From an uncultured Chloroflexia bacterium (GTDB lineage: Bacteria; Chloroflexota; Limnocylindria; Limnocylindrales; CSP1-4), in contig CAWGWF010000001.1 in NCBI GenBank assembly GCA_963826225.1, forward strand, positions 462,099 through 526,098: a DNA stretch of 64,000 bases, written 5' to 3'. This document shows, piece by piece, positions 48,350 through 56,953 of the stretch. The first letter of the stretch is position 1; each line of letters opens with the position of its first letter. The notes below the pieces were generated by a model. It did no database searches, had not been told where the DNA came from, and worked only from the letters and a program-made list of their open reading frames with translations. A program made the translations under genes and the position numbers.

Positions 48350-48736
48350 ATGCCGAAGCAGTTCGTCGTCCAGGTGACCAACCAGCCCGGCCAGATGGCC
48401 CTGCTCGCCGAGCAGATGGCGGCCCGCGGCGTTGACCTTCGAGCCATCGGTGGGGGCGGCCTCGGCGATGTCGGCCACTTCATCATGACCACCGCGGACG
48501 ACGACACGGCCCGGTCGGTGCTGGAGGACGGCGGCTGGACGTTCCTGGAGGGCGAGTCCCTGCTGGCGGAGGTGGACGACAAGCCGGGCGGGATGGCAAA
48601 GATCGCCCGCGCCCTCGCGGACGCGAACGTCAACGTGCTGGGCCACCTGTTCATCGGCCGCTGGGGTGACCGGGCCACGTTCGCGTTCGTCGTGGACGAC
48701 CCGGAGAAGGCGCGGCCCATCCTCGAGCGCCGCTAG
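48350..48736 (+). CDS. tandem ACT-domain protein
   Basis: ATG 48350 preceded by GGAGG. Two ACT-like repeats (VVQVTNQPGQMALLAEQMAARGVDL; LAEVDDKPGGMAKIARALADANVNV). Confidence 0.65.
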   Translation: MPKQFVVQVTNQPGQMALLAEQMAARGVDLRAIGGGGLGDVGHFIMTTADDDTARSVLEDGGWTFLEGESLLAEVDDKPGGMAKIARALADANVNVLGHLFIGRWGDRATFAFVVDDPEKARPILERR

Positions 48737-48749
48737 CTCGGGCGTCGCC

Positions 48750-49640
48750 ATGCGCGTCGGGATCATCGCTCCCCAGGGCTGGACGGGGGAGTACGACGGC
48801 TGGGATCCGACGCGGGCATGGGCGCGCACGGTCGCGGTCGCACACGAGGCTGAGGCGCTCGGCTTCGACTCCATCTGGCTGTTCGACCATGTCCAGACGG
48901 AGCCCGTGCCCATCGACGAGATCACGTTCGAGGCGTTCGTGGGGCTCTCCGCGCTGGCGGCCGAGACTGCACGCGTGCGGCTCGGGCACCTCGTCCTGTG
49001 CGCCGGCTACCGCAACCCGGCGCTGGTGGCCAAGATGATCTCGACCCTCGACGTGGTCTCCGGCGGGCGCGCGGAGCTGGGTCTCGGGGCCGGCTGGAAG
49101 GAGGACGAGTTCCGGGCCTACGGGTGGGGATACCCGCCCCTTCGGACCCGCATGGAATCGCTCGAGGACGCGCTGGAGATCGCCACCCGGATGCTGCGTC
49201 CCGGGCGGGCGACCTACTCGGGGCCAACCGCCGCGGTGCACGAGGCGATCAACGTCCCCCGCGGCCTCCAGGAGCCGCGCGTGCCGATCCTCGTCGGCGG
49301 CAACGGCCCCAACCGGACCTGGCGCCTGGCGGCCCGGTACGCGGACGAGCTCAACGTTGACTGGCTCACGCCCGTGGAGGTCGGCGCCGCCCGGCCGATC
49401 ATCGCGTCGCGGTGCGAGGAGATCGGGCGGGATCCTGGGTCGCTGCGGCTGTCGGTGAACATCGGCCGGGACGACTCGGCGATCGAGGGCGCGCCCCGGG
49501 TCGCGCTCCTGCGCGCCTTCGCGGACGCGGGCGTGGACCGGGTGATGACGCTCGTCCGTGCCTCGGCCGACGATGACGGCGCGCTGGAGCGCTTCGCAGA
49601 CGACTGCGTCGCCGCCGGCTGCGAGTTGGACGGCCGCTGA
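48750..49640 (+). CDS. LLM-class F420-dependent oxidoreductase
   Basis: FDSIWLFDH, GGRAELGLGAGW, and C-terminal TIM-barrel pattern. ATG at 48750. Confidence 0.8.
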   Translation: MRVGIIAPQGWTGEYDGWDPTRAWARTVAVAHEAEALGFDSIWLFDHVQTEPVPIDEITFEAFVGLSALAAETARVRLGHLVLCAGYRNPALVAKMISTLDVVSGGRAELGLGAGWKEDEFRAYGWGYPPLRTRMESLEDALEIATRMLRPGRATYSGPTAAVHEAINVPRGLQEPRVPILVGGNGPNRTWRLAARYADELNVDWLTPVEVGAARPIIASRCEEIGRDPGSLRLSVNIGRDDSAIEGAPRVALLRAFADAGVDRVMTLVRASADDDGALERFADDCVAAGCELDGR

Positions 49641-49668
49641 CTGAACAGGCGTTACGATGTGATCCGCA

Positions 49669-49744
49669 AGCGGGAGTAGCTCAGCTGGTAGAGCGGCAGC
49701 CTTCCAAGCTGCATGTCGCGGGTTCGATCCCCGTCTCCCGCTCC
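49669..49744 (+). tRNA. tRNA-Gly (anticodon TCC)
   Basis: Cloverleaf: acceptor GCGGGAG/CTCCCGC, D-arm GCTC-AGCTGGTA-GAGC, anticodon arm GCAGC-CTTCCAA-GCTGC, T-arm GCGGG-TTCGATC-CCCGT, CCA encoded. Confidence 0.85.
49699..49742 (+). repeat. attL-like direct repeat (3' 44 nt of tRNA-Gly, from the anticodon loop to the acceptor end)
   Basis: 43 of 44 nt identical to 52093..52136. Confidence 0.7.
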
Positions 49745-52092
49745 AACCCCACTTTCGTGCTCGACACGACACGCAGCCTGAGAGCGCCTGTGCGAACACG
49801 GGCACCCTGAAGTGCACGACCAGGCGATACAAGACCCCGTTTGATCCGCCAGGACGGGCGCACTGTCTGACGTTTCGGAGCCTGTAGGCAGATCGAACGG
49901 CACCGGAAGGCTCCGGCGGTCCATGGTGATGTCGTCGACGACGACCGGGCCGTCACCCGGCGGCCCGTGTCGACCGTCTCTTGGTCGGCCAACCAAGCAG
50001 CCCAGGCGGATCGACCAGATGCACCCGAAGCGCCTTGCTGCGTCCCTTCTCCTCGCGGTCCTAGTCGCCTCGTGCGTTAGCACCCCGGCCACCCCGGTGC
50101 CAGCAGGATCGCCGCCGACGACCCGGAACCCGAGCCCGACCGCGTCGCCGGGCCCGACCGAGGTCACGCCGTCGAGTTCGGGGCCGGCGCCAACAGACAG
50201 GCCGGCGACGTCGGCCATCGCGATCGCGGCGGGCAGCTGGCATACCTGCGCGGTCATGAATGACGGTGGAGTCAATTGCTGGGGCTCCAGTGCCGGCACG
50301 CTCGGAGATGGCTCGACGATCGCGACTGGGGTCCCGGTTGGCGTCTCCGGTCTCGCAAGCGGCGTGAAGTCGGTCACGGCCGGCCAGGACTACACCTGCG
50401 CGCTGACCGATCGAGGTGGGGTCAAGTGCTGGGGTTCCAACGACTACGGCCAGCTGGGTAGTGGCTCCACTGACGACAGCCTCGCGCCGGTCGACGTGCT
50501 GGCGAGCAGCGTCAGCGCGATCAGCGCCGGCGACTCCCACGCGTGTGCCGTGATGGACACGGGCGGCGCCAAGTGCTGGGGCCTCAACTACGACGGTCAG
50601 TTGGGTGACAGCACCGCGACCGATGGCACCGCGACCGACAGCGCCGTACCGGTCGCCGTCACGCAGACGGACGGGGTGAGCGAGATCGCGGCCGGAGTGG
50701 ACCACACATGTGCGGTCAACATCGGCGGCTGGGTGTCGTGCTGGATGCACCGCCCCTTTGACAACCTCTCGGACGTCGGGGTGACGGCGGTCGCCACCGG
50801 CATGTGGCACACCTGCGCGGTCACCGACGCCGGTGGGGTCAAGTGCTGGGACGACACGGGGGTTACAAAGGACGTCGCGGGCCTGGCGAGCCTGGTGAGC
50901 GCGGTTGACGCGGGCACCGCCTTCACGTGTGCCCTCACGGACGCCGGTGGCGTGAAGTGCTGGGGCGCCAACTACCTCGGTCAGCTCGGCAACGGGACAA
51001 CCGCCGACAGCAGCGTCCCCGTCGACGTCGTGGGGCTTGTGAACGGCGTGAGGGCGATCACCGCTGGTGACAGCCACGCCTGTGCGCTCATGGACGACGG
51101 TGGGGTCAAGTGCTGGGGTTCCAACGAGTACGGCCAGCTGGGCAACGACTCGGTGACCGACAGCAGCGTCCCGGTCGAGGTCGACTTCAGGGGTCATGGG
51201 CCGACCCTCGACGCTTCGTCGGCGATCGTGCACGCGACCGGCTCGACGGATGTGCTGCTCCGCTACGACCACGGTCCCGACCGCGGTGATCTCTTGGGCG
51301 ATCACTTCGGCGCGGGTGGACCCTTCGCGCCGGGACCCGAGTTCACGCTGTACGGCGACGGGACCGTGATCTTCAGGGACGAGACGGCGGCTCCGCCAAC
51401 GGCCAAGGGCTCCATCGTCCGCGCAAGCTCGTTCAGGACCGCCCGTCTGACGGAGGTACAGATCCAGTCGCTCCTCCGACACGCGGTCGGAGAGGGCGGG
51501 CTCGGGATCGCCCTTCCCTACTACGACAACGGCGGCGAAGGCTGCGAAGACGGTGCGTGGACCTACCTCCTGCGAGCAGGCGGGATCGACAAGCGCATCG
51601 AGAGCGGTGGCTGCGGGGACATGTTCGAGCGCGTCGCCGAGCGCCTTCGCGGCGTGGCTGCCGGCTCGGCGTCGGATGTCTGGGCGCCCGGGACCAACTG
51701 GGGCAGCCTCCTCGAGGCGAAAGCGCTGGTCAAGGCGGGCGCGTTGTCGAAGGTGCCCTCGAAGGCCGTCCCCTGGCCGTGGCCCGGCATCGCCCTCGAA
51801 GACTTCAAGTGGCGCAAGGATCCCGCCCTGGGACGCGAGGGTGTGCGCGTCATGTCGGCGGACGAGACGGCCGCGCTCGGGGTGCCCGACGGCGGCAGCG
51901 TGGTCGAGCGGGTCTACCTGCGTGGCCCGGACGGCAAGACCGTCTACCTCTTCTCCATGCGGCCGAAGCTCCCGGACGAGACGGGCTGACGGCATCCGTT
52001 GGGCCCTGCGCACCCGTCCGGCGACGACACGATAACTGGACGCGTTTCGCTCGGGCCCTTGAGCACGGCGCTGTTACGCATAGCCGCTCAGG
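49745..52092 (+). mobile_element. 2.3-kb tRNA-Gly-associated islet (probable integrase-less remnant of an integrated element)
   Basis: Bounded by a full tRNA-Gly and a 44-nt direct repeat of its 3' half. The first ~275 bp are noncoding and visibly lower in GC. Single cargo gene. No integrase or excisionase seen. Confidence 0.5.
50019..51989 (+). CDS. RCC1-repeat (beta-propeller) lipoprotein with a C-terminal domain of unknown function
   Basis: ATG 50019: MHPKRLAASLLLAVLVASCVS (lipobox). At least seven repeats of the HTCAV...GGVKCWG.N.YGQLG pattern, then ~270 aa unknown. The upstream 32 codons of the track ORF are rejected. Confidence 0.75.
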   Translation: MHPKRLAASLLLAVLVASCVSTPATPVPAGSPPTTRNPSPTASPGPTEVTPSSSGPAPTDRPATSAIAIAAGSWHTCAVMNDGGVNCWGSSAGTLGDGSTIATGVPVGVSGLASGVKSVTAGQDYTCALTDRGGVKCWGSNDYGQLGSGSTDDSLAPVDVLASSVSAISAGDSHACAVMDTGGAKCWGLNYDGQLGDSTATDGTATDSAVPVAVTQTDGVSEIAAGVDHTCAVNIGGWVSCWMHRPFDNLSDVGVTAVATGMWHTCAVTDAGGVKCWDDTGVTKDVAGLASLVSAVDAGTAFTCALTDAGGVKCWGANYLGQLGNGTTADSSVPVDVVGLVNGVRAITAGDSHACALMDDGGVKCWGSNEYGQLGNDSVTDSSVPVEVDFRGHGPTLDASSAIVHATGSTDVLLRYDHGPDRGDLLGDHFGAGGPFAPGPEFTLYGDGTVIFRDETAAPPTAKGSIVRASSFRTARLTEVQIQSLLRHAVGEGGLGIALPYYDNGGEGCEDGAWTYLLRAGGIDKRIESGGCGDMFERVAERLRGVAAGSASDVWAPGTNWGSLLEAKALVKAGALSKVPSKAVPWPWPGIALEDFKWRKDPALGREGVRVMSADETAALGVPDGGSVVERVYLRGPDGKTVYLFSMRPKLPDETG

Positions 52093-52136
52093 CCTTCCAA
52101 GCTGCATGTCCCGGGTTCGATCCCCGTCTCCCGCTC
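52093..52136 (+). repeat. attR-like partial tRNA-Gly copy (3' half only, one mismatch)
   Basis: CCTTCCAAGCTGCATGTCcCGGGTTCGATCCCCGTCTCCCGCTC, with no 5' acceptor or D-arm upstream. Confidence 0.7.
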
Positions 52137-52467
52137 GACCCCCCCGTGAGCCACGCGCGGCGATGCGATCCCGCGTGGTCTGTGTATTGCCCGCGGCTTG
52201 TCCTAGGCGCCAGCAGCGGCTTGGCCCGGCCCTGGTGCGGTCGGGGGTGCTTGACGTCGCAACGATCGCCGGTATGCTTCGAGGCGTGAACGCGCTCGCC
52301 CTCACGGGCTGTATGGACCGCCATTGCTCCTGTCGCCGGCGAGTGCCGGTGGGAGTCGAGCGCGCGGTCCGTCGCTAGCGACCGCTCCGCCTCCTCCCTC
52401 CGGGCCTCGCGAGCCGTCGATCGGCGCGCCCGCGCGCCGCGTCCCCCCTCGACCCGGAGTTCGCCAC

Positions 52468-52971
52468 GTGTCCATCCTCACGCCACCCGCCCGTTCCATC
52501 GATCCCCGCGGCCAGCGGTTCGGCGCCGCCGTGTCGGCGGCCGTCCTGGGGATCGCGTTTGCCGCCGGGCTGCCCTGGCTGGCCGTCCTCGTCGGTGTCA
52601 ACCTCGCGGTCTCGGCCGTGCTCGGGACGCGCCTGTTCCTCCCCGGCCGCGCCTGGCCACTGGTCCGGCGCGCCTTGCGCCTCGGACCCGCGGAGCCGGA
52701 GCACGAGTACCCGCCCCGGTTCGCCCAGGCGCTTGGCGCCACGTTCCTGGGCCTTGCAGGCCTGGCGTTCCTGGTGGGCGCCATGCCCATCGGCTGGCTG
52801 CTCGTCGGGGCAGTCGCAGCGCTGCAGGTGCTGTTGGCCGCGACCGGGATCTGCGTCGGCTGCCGCCTCTACTTCCTGCGCTGGTGGGTGCCGTCGCTGT
52901 TCGCGCGGGCGCTGCGCCGGACGGACGCGCTGCGGCCTCTCGAGGTGCCGGCGCTCAACAGGATCGGGTAG
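52468..52971 (+). CDS. DUF4395-family membrane protein
   Basis: GTG start. Three or four TM helices, PPRFAQALGATFLG and ATGICVGCRLYF blocks reminiscent of DUF4395. Confidence 0.55.
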   Translation: MSILTPPARSIDPRGQRFGAAVSAAVLGIAFAAGLPWLAVLVGVNLAVSAVLGTRLFLPGRAWPLVRRALRLGPAEPEHEYPPRFAQALGATFLGLAGLAFLVGAMPIGWLLVGAVAALQVLLAATGICVGCRLYFLRWWVPSLFARALRRTDALRPLEVPALNRIG

Positions 52972-53053
52972 GGGAACGCGGCCCGGTGGCCGGACCGCGT
53001 TCGATGGGTAGCGATGACCGGCCGGCCGTTGGTCCGGCCGGCGAGACCGGAGA

Positions 53054-53476
53054 TCAGGCGCGCCCGAAGGCCGCCTTCACCGCGGGCTGGTTCAGGTAGT
53101 ACAGGATCACGCCCGCGATCGCGAACGAGATGACATTGCCCAAGAGGCCGCTCACGATGTCGCCCGATGCGACGGCGCTGATCACCCCGAACACGATGCT
53201 CGCCAGCGCGAGGATCGTGCCCAGGGACCAGCCCCAGGGCTTGAGCGTCCAGCCGCCGTAGGCGAACGCCAGGTAGGCGACGGCGAAGCCGAGCGTGAGG
53301 ATCCCGAAGATGAACGCGAGGCCGCCGAACGCGGCGCCTTCCGCGCCGCCGACCATGCCCCCGATGAGCGCGCCGCCGGCGATCAGGCCGAGGCCGCCGA
53401 TGAGGCTGAAGACGCCCCCGATCAGGGCGAGGATGGCAAGGATGGTCACGCCCGTCGGGCGTGCAGCACCGGTCAC
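53054..53476 (-). CDS. small glycine-zipper-rich membrane protein, unknown function
   Basis: GTG at 53476 with GGAGGGAG 8 nt upstream. Four TM helices rich in GxxxG (ILALIGGVFSLIGGLGLIAGGALIGGMVGG). Confidence 0.5.
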   Translation of the reverse strand: MTGAARPTGVTILAILALIGGVFSLIGGLGLIAGGALIGGMVGGAEGAAFGGLAFIFGILTLGFAVAYLAFAYGGWTLKPWGWSLGTILALASIVFGVISAVASGDIVSGLLGNVISFAIAGVILYYLNQPAVKAAFGRA

Positions 53477-53662
53477 GAGATCAGCTCCCTCCAAGGTGAC
53501 GCCCCGGCGGGCATCCGCCGCGGGACGCCGGACATTCCCCTCAGCTGCCGGCTTCACGGCCGGCGATGCCTGGTCCTCGGTCGGGCGATAGCGGGCGATC
53601 TCGTGCGGGCTCCGTTCCGCGCAGCATACGCGCAACGCGCAAGGGGTCGGTGGCCGGATCGG

Positions 53663-54508
53663 CTACGGTGCCTCGAGGCCATGTCCCTCGAGCAGCGCGG
53701 TGTCGGCCAGGATCCGGTCCGTCGGGCCGTCCGCGACCACGACCCCGTCGTCCACGATCACGGTCCGGGGGAAGACCTCCTCCACGAGGCGCATATCGTG
53801 GGTGGACACGATCAGCGTGGGAGCGAGCCCCCGCAGCAGGCCGATCAGCTCGCGACGTCCGCGCGGATCCAGCCCGGCAGAAGGTTCGTCGAACACCAGG
53901 ATCGACGGGTCCATCGAGAGCACCGTCGCGAGCGCCACCCGCTTGCGCTGACCGAGCGACATCCGGTGGGGGACGCGGTGGGCGAACGCCGCCATCCCGA
54001 CCGCGGCCAGGGCGCGCTCCACGCGGGCGTGGATCTCGTCCGCGGGCAGGCCCATGTGCAGTGGCCCGAAGGCGACGTCGTCGAACACCGTGGGGCTGAA
54101 CAGCTGGTCGTCGGGGTCCTGGAACACGAGCCCCACCTCGGACCGGACCTGCCGGATCGTGTCCTTGCCCACCGCCAGGCCGGCCACCCGGACGGTGCCG
54201 TGCTCGGGGTGGAACGTGCCGTTGAGCTGGAGCATCAGCGTGCTCTTGCCGGCCCCGTTCGGACCCACCAGCGCAACCTTCTCGCCGGCCTCGATCCGGA
54301 GGTCCACGCCCCGCAGGGCCTCGAACCCGTCCGGGTAGCGGAAGTGAACGTGCTCCAGGATCACCGAGCCGCGGCCGGCCTGCCCGGACGCGCCGCCGCC
54401 GTCCGCCGAGCCCGGGTCGGCCGCGGCCGTTCCGGCGTCCCCGTGCGTGTGCGGGTGGACGTGGACGGTCGAGGCGTCATGCGCGTGGGGGTGCTCGTGC
54501 GCGGTCAC
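53663..54508 (-). CDS. ECF-transporter ATPase (CbiO/NikO/EcfA-type) with a His-rich N-terminal extension
   Basis: Walker A GPNGAGKST, signature MSLGQRKRVALA, Walker B LVFDEPSAGLD. N-terminus TAHEHPHAHDASTVHVHPHTHGD. Start set at the GTG overlapping the T-component stop. The track ATG at 54544 is also possible. Confidence 0.85.
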   Translation of the reverse strand: MTAHEHPHAHDASTVHVHPHTHGDAGTAAADPGSADGGGASGQAGRGSVILEHVHFRYPDGFEALRGVDLRIEAGEKVALVGPNGAGKSTLMLQLNGTFHPEHGTVRVAGLAVGKDTIRQVRSEVGLVFQDPDDQLFSPTVFDDVAFGPLHMGLPADEIHARVERALAAVGMAAFAHRVPHRMSLGQRKRVALATVLSMDPSILVFDEPSAGLDPRGRRELIGLLRGLAPTLIVSTHDMRLVEEVFPRTVIVDDGVVVADGPTDRILADTALLEGHGLEAP

Positions 54509-55284
54509 AGGCGGGGCAGCCACGTCAGGGCGACGGCAACCCATGCCGCCAGGACGAGCAGGGCCGCCGCGAGCCAGGCGAACTCGACGCGCCGGAGGGG
54601 GCGGGCGCCCAGGTGGCGGAACTCGCCTTCGAACCCGCGCGCCTGCATGGCCGCGTAGATCCGCTCACTGCGCTCGTAGGCCCGCAGGAACAGGGCGCCG
54701 ACCATCCTGCCCGTGACGGTTGCCCGCCAGCGGACGGAGCCGCCACCCCGGCCGTCCGGACCGACGGCGGAGCGGGCGTCGCGCGCCCGCAGCATGCGCG
54801 AGGCCTCGTCGCCCAGGACCGCGAGGTAGCGGTACATGAACGAGATGATCGAGACCAGGATGCGCGGCAGGTGCAGCTCCCGCAGCGCGTCCACCAGGTC
54901 GTGGAACGGGGTCGTGAACGCCAGCAGCAGGGCAACCTGGACGGATAGCCAGCTGCCCACGGCGATGGTCAGGAAACGACGCAGGCCCTCGGCCGAGATC
55001 GTGAGATCCAGGGGCCCGAGGCTCACCGTCGCGATGATCTGCTCCTGGACCGTGAAGATCAGCGGGAAGGCCGCCAGCGTGAACGGGAGGGCGATGACGG
55101 CCGACCGGGTCAGGCGGAACGGTCCGAGGCCGGCCGTCGCCGAGCAGGCGACGAGCACCAGCCACGTGATCAGCATCGCGAGGCCGGAGCCGATCGGCAG
55201 CAGCGAGATCGTGAGGATCGCGGCGATCGCCAGCACGAACTTCACGCGCGCGTCGGCCCGGTGGAACGGGCTCGATCCTTCCAC
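54505..55284 (-). CDS. ECF-transporter transmembrane (T) component, CbiQ/NikQ-type
   Basis: Five or six TM helices, RVKFVLAIAAIL N-terminus, and CbiQ-like ARG motif region (LRARDARS). Confidence 0.8.
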   Translation of the reverse strand: MEGSSPFHRADARVKFVLAIAAILTISLLPIGSGLAMLITWLVLVACSATAGLGPFRLTRSAVIALPFTLAAFPLIFTVQEQIIATVSLGPLDLTISAEGLRRFLTIAVGSWLSVQVALLLAFTTPFHDLVDALRELHLPRILVSIISFMYRYLAVLGDEASRMLRARDARSAVGPDGRGGGSVRWRATVTGRMVGALFLRAYERSERIYAAMQARGFEGEFRHLGARPLRRVEFAWLAAALLVLAAWVAVALTWLPRL

Positions 55285-55314
55285 GTAGCGGTCCAGCTCC
55301 AGCGCGCGGCGCCC

Positions 55315-55629
55315 CTATTCCCTGCGGCGCGCGAGAAGCCGGCCGACGCCGATGATCACGAGCATGACGATCGCGATCCCGACCAGGCCGGACACGATCG
55401 TGGAGACGGCCGGGTCCTCGATGCCCGGGATCGCGTAGTCGCCCAGCAGGCCGCCGACGAGGTTCTCGGCCCGGTCGATGAAGCCGAGATCCTCCGCCAC
55501 GCGCTCCAGCCCGTCCGGGTCCGACGAGGCGAGCGGCGCCAGGACCACCACCACGAGGACCGCGATCACGAGACCGCCGATCCACCACCTGCGGCGGGAG
55601 CGAGGTTCGCGGGAGGGCTCGGTCGTCAC
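55315..55629 (-). CDS. small PDGLE-domain membrane protein (CbiN/NikN-analogous ECF component)
   Basis: 104 aa, two TM helices flanking a SSDPDGLERVAEDLGF (PDGLE) loop. Confidence 0.65.
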   Translation of the reverse strand: MTTEPSREPRSRRRWWIGGLVIAVLVVVVLAPLASSDPDGLERVAEDLGFIDRAENLVGGLLGDYAIPGIEDPAVSTIVSGLVGIAIVMLVIIGVGRLLARRRE

Positions 55630-55645
55630 GGGATCCGCTCGGCCG

Positions 55646-56365
55646 TCAATTGCCGGCCAGCCGGAGCTCGCCGCGATGACGCAGCTCCAGCAGGTCCCGT
55701 CGGGTGGCGGCGATGAAGGCGAGGGCGGCGACGGTGATCAGCGCCTCGCCGATCCCGATGAAGACGTGGACGCCGACCATGGCCGGCAGCACGAGCTCCA
55801 GCGGCGACGTCCCGGACACCGCGAGTTCCAGCGACATCGCGACCGCGGCCGCCACGACGGACGTCCAGGCCGCGATCGCCGCCGCCGGGAGCCGCCTTCG
55901 CTCCTCGCCGCCGAGGACCTTCGCGAGCGCCAGGTAGAGCGCGAACCCGCCGAGCGTGCCGATCGCGCCCATGTTGAAGATGTTCGCCCCCATCACGACC
56001 AGGCCACCATCCGAGAACACCAGGGCCTGGACAGCGACCACGCACGCCATGACCAGCGTCGCGACCCAGGGGCCCAGCAGCACGGCCGCGAGGACGCCAC
56101 CCAGCAGGTGGCCGCTCGTGCCGCCGGCGACCTGGAAGTTGAACATCTGGGCCGCAAAGATGAACGCCGCCATCACCCCCATGAGGGGCACGGCCTTCTC
56201 GTCCAGCGAGCGGTTCGTGTTCCGGACGGCAACGGCGATCACCACGGCCGAGACGATCCACATGGCGAGGGCGATCGGAACCGTGAGGAATCGGTCCGCT
56301 GCATGGAGGGCCGGTGTCGGATCCCCGCCCGACAGCGGGGCGACGACCGTGGCGAGGGCGAGCAT
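55646..56365 (-). CDS. ECF-transporter substrate-specific component CbiM/NikM
   Basis: ATG at 56365 (MLALATVV), seven TM helices, and the CbiM-type N-terminal metal-binding start. The upstream 23 codons of the track ORF are rejected. Confidence 0.8.
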   Translation of the reverse strand: MLALATVVAPLSGGDPTPALHAADRFLTVPIALAMWIVSAVVIAVAVRNTNRSLDEKAVPLMGVMAAFIFAAQMFNFQVAGGTSGHLLGGVLAAVLLGPWVATLVMACVVAVQALVFSDGGLVVMGANIFNMGAIGTLGGFALYLALAKVLGGEERRRLPAAAIAAWTSVVAAAVAMSLELAVSGTSPLELVLPAMVGVHVFIGIGEALITVAALAFIAATRRDLLELRHRGELRLAGN

Positions 56366-56425
56366 GTCGGTGGCTCCAGGGCGTGCGCGGGCGGCGTTCC
56401 CCGCGATGGTAGTCGCACCCGTTTG

Positions 56426-56447
56426 TTGTTGCAACAGGTTGCATCAA
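56426..56447. promoter_or_regulatory. Nur/Fur-box-like inverted repeat in the divergent cbiM-fur intergenic region
   Basis: TTGTTGCAAC-AG-GTTGCATCAA. Each half is TTGnTGCAAC with one mismatch. It resembles the Streptomyces Nur box tTGCaa-N5-ttGCAA. Confidence 0.45.
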
Positions 56448-56473
56448 TGGCCTGGGCGGGTACCATTCCACCG

Positions 56474-56953
56474 ATGACGACAGGCACGCCCCTCCATCGA
56501 ACGACTCCGGGCGCGAGCGGGACCTGGTCCGGCGTCCGCGAGCGTCTTCGTGACCGTGGGCTCCGCTGGACACCGCAGCGCCGGGTGCTGGTCGAGGTCC
56601 TCTCCCGCAGCGACGGCCACGTGACCGGCGCCGAGCTCGTGGAGCGCTGCCGCGCCGTGGACCCGGCCACGATCCCGTCCACCGTCTACCGCACGCTGGA
56701 CGTGCTGGAGGAGCTGGGCATCGTCCGCCACGCTCACGGGATCGACGGCCGGGAGGAGTACCACGTGCTGCCGGCCGTGGAGCACGGCCATCTCCACTGC
56801 ACCGGCTGCCGGCAGACCTGGGAGATCGATGCGGCGGAGGCCGCGGCCCTGGTGGACGTCCTGTGCGACCGGCGCGGCTTCGAAGTGCAGCTCTCGCACC
56901 TCTCGATCGCGGGCCTGTGCGCGACCTGCCGCGCGGCAACCGCCGGTGACTGA
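56474..56953 (+). CDS. Fur-family metalloregulator (Nur-like candidate)
   Basis: 159 aa. wHTH VRERLRDRGLRWTPQRRVLVEVL, with metal sites HAHG...HCTGC...CATC. Confidence 0.8.
   Translation: MTTGTPLHRTTPGASGTWSGVRERLRDRGLRWTPQRRVLVEVLSRSDGHVTGAELVERCRAVDPATIPSTVYRTLDVLEELGIVRHAHGIDGREEYHVLPAVEHGHLHCTGCRQTWEIDAAEAAALVDVLCDRRGFEVQLSHLSIAGLCATCRAATAGD

Noticed and set aside
44890-48720. 1276-aa minus-strand ORF crossing glgP and glgA
   Set aside because: It overlaps two well-supported genes on both strands and its composition is junk.
49745-52092. Integrase or recombinase inside the tRNA-Gly islet
   Set aside because: Checked all six frames. The only coding-like ORF is the RCC1 lipoprotein. No tyrosine or serine recombinase signature is present.
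55478-56953. 491-aa plus-strand track ORF ending at the Fur gene stop
   Set aside because: Only the last 159 codons (from the ATG at 56474) are a Fur-family protein. The upstream 330 codons are antisense to the ECF-transporter components and have junk composition.
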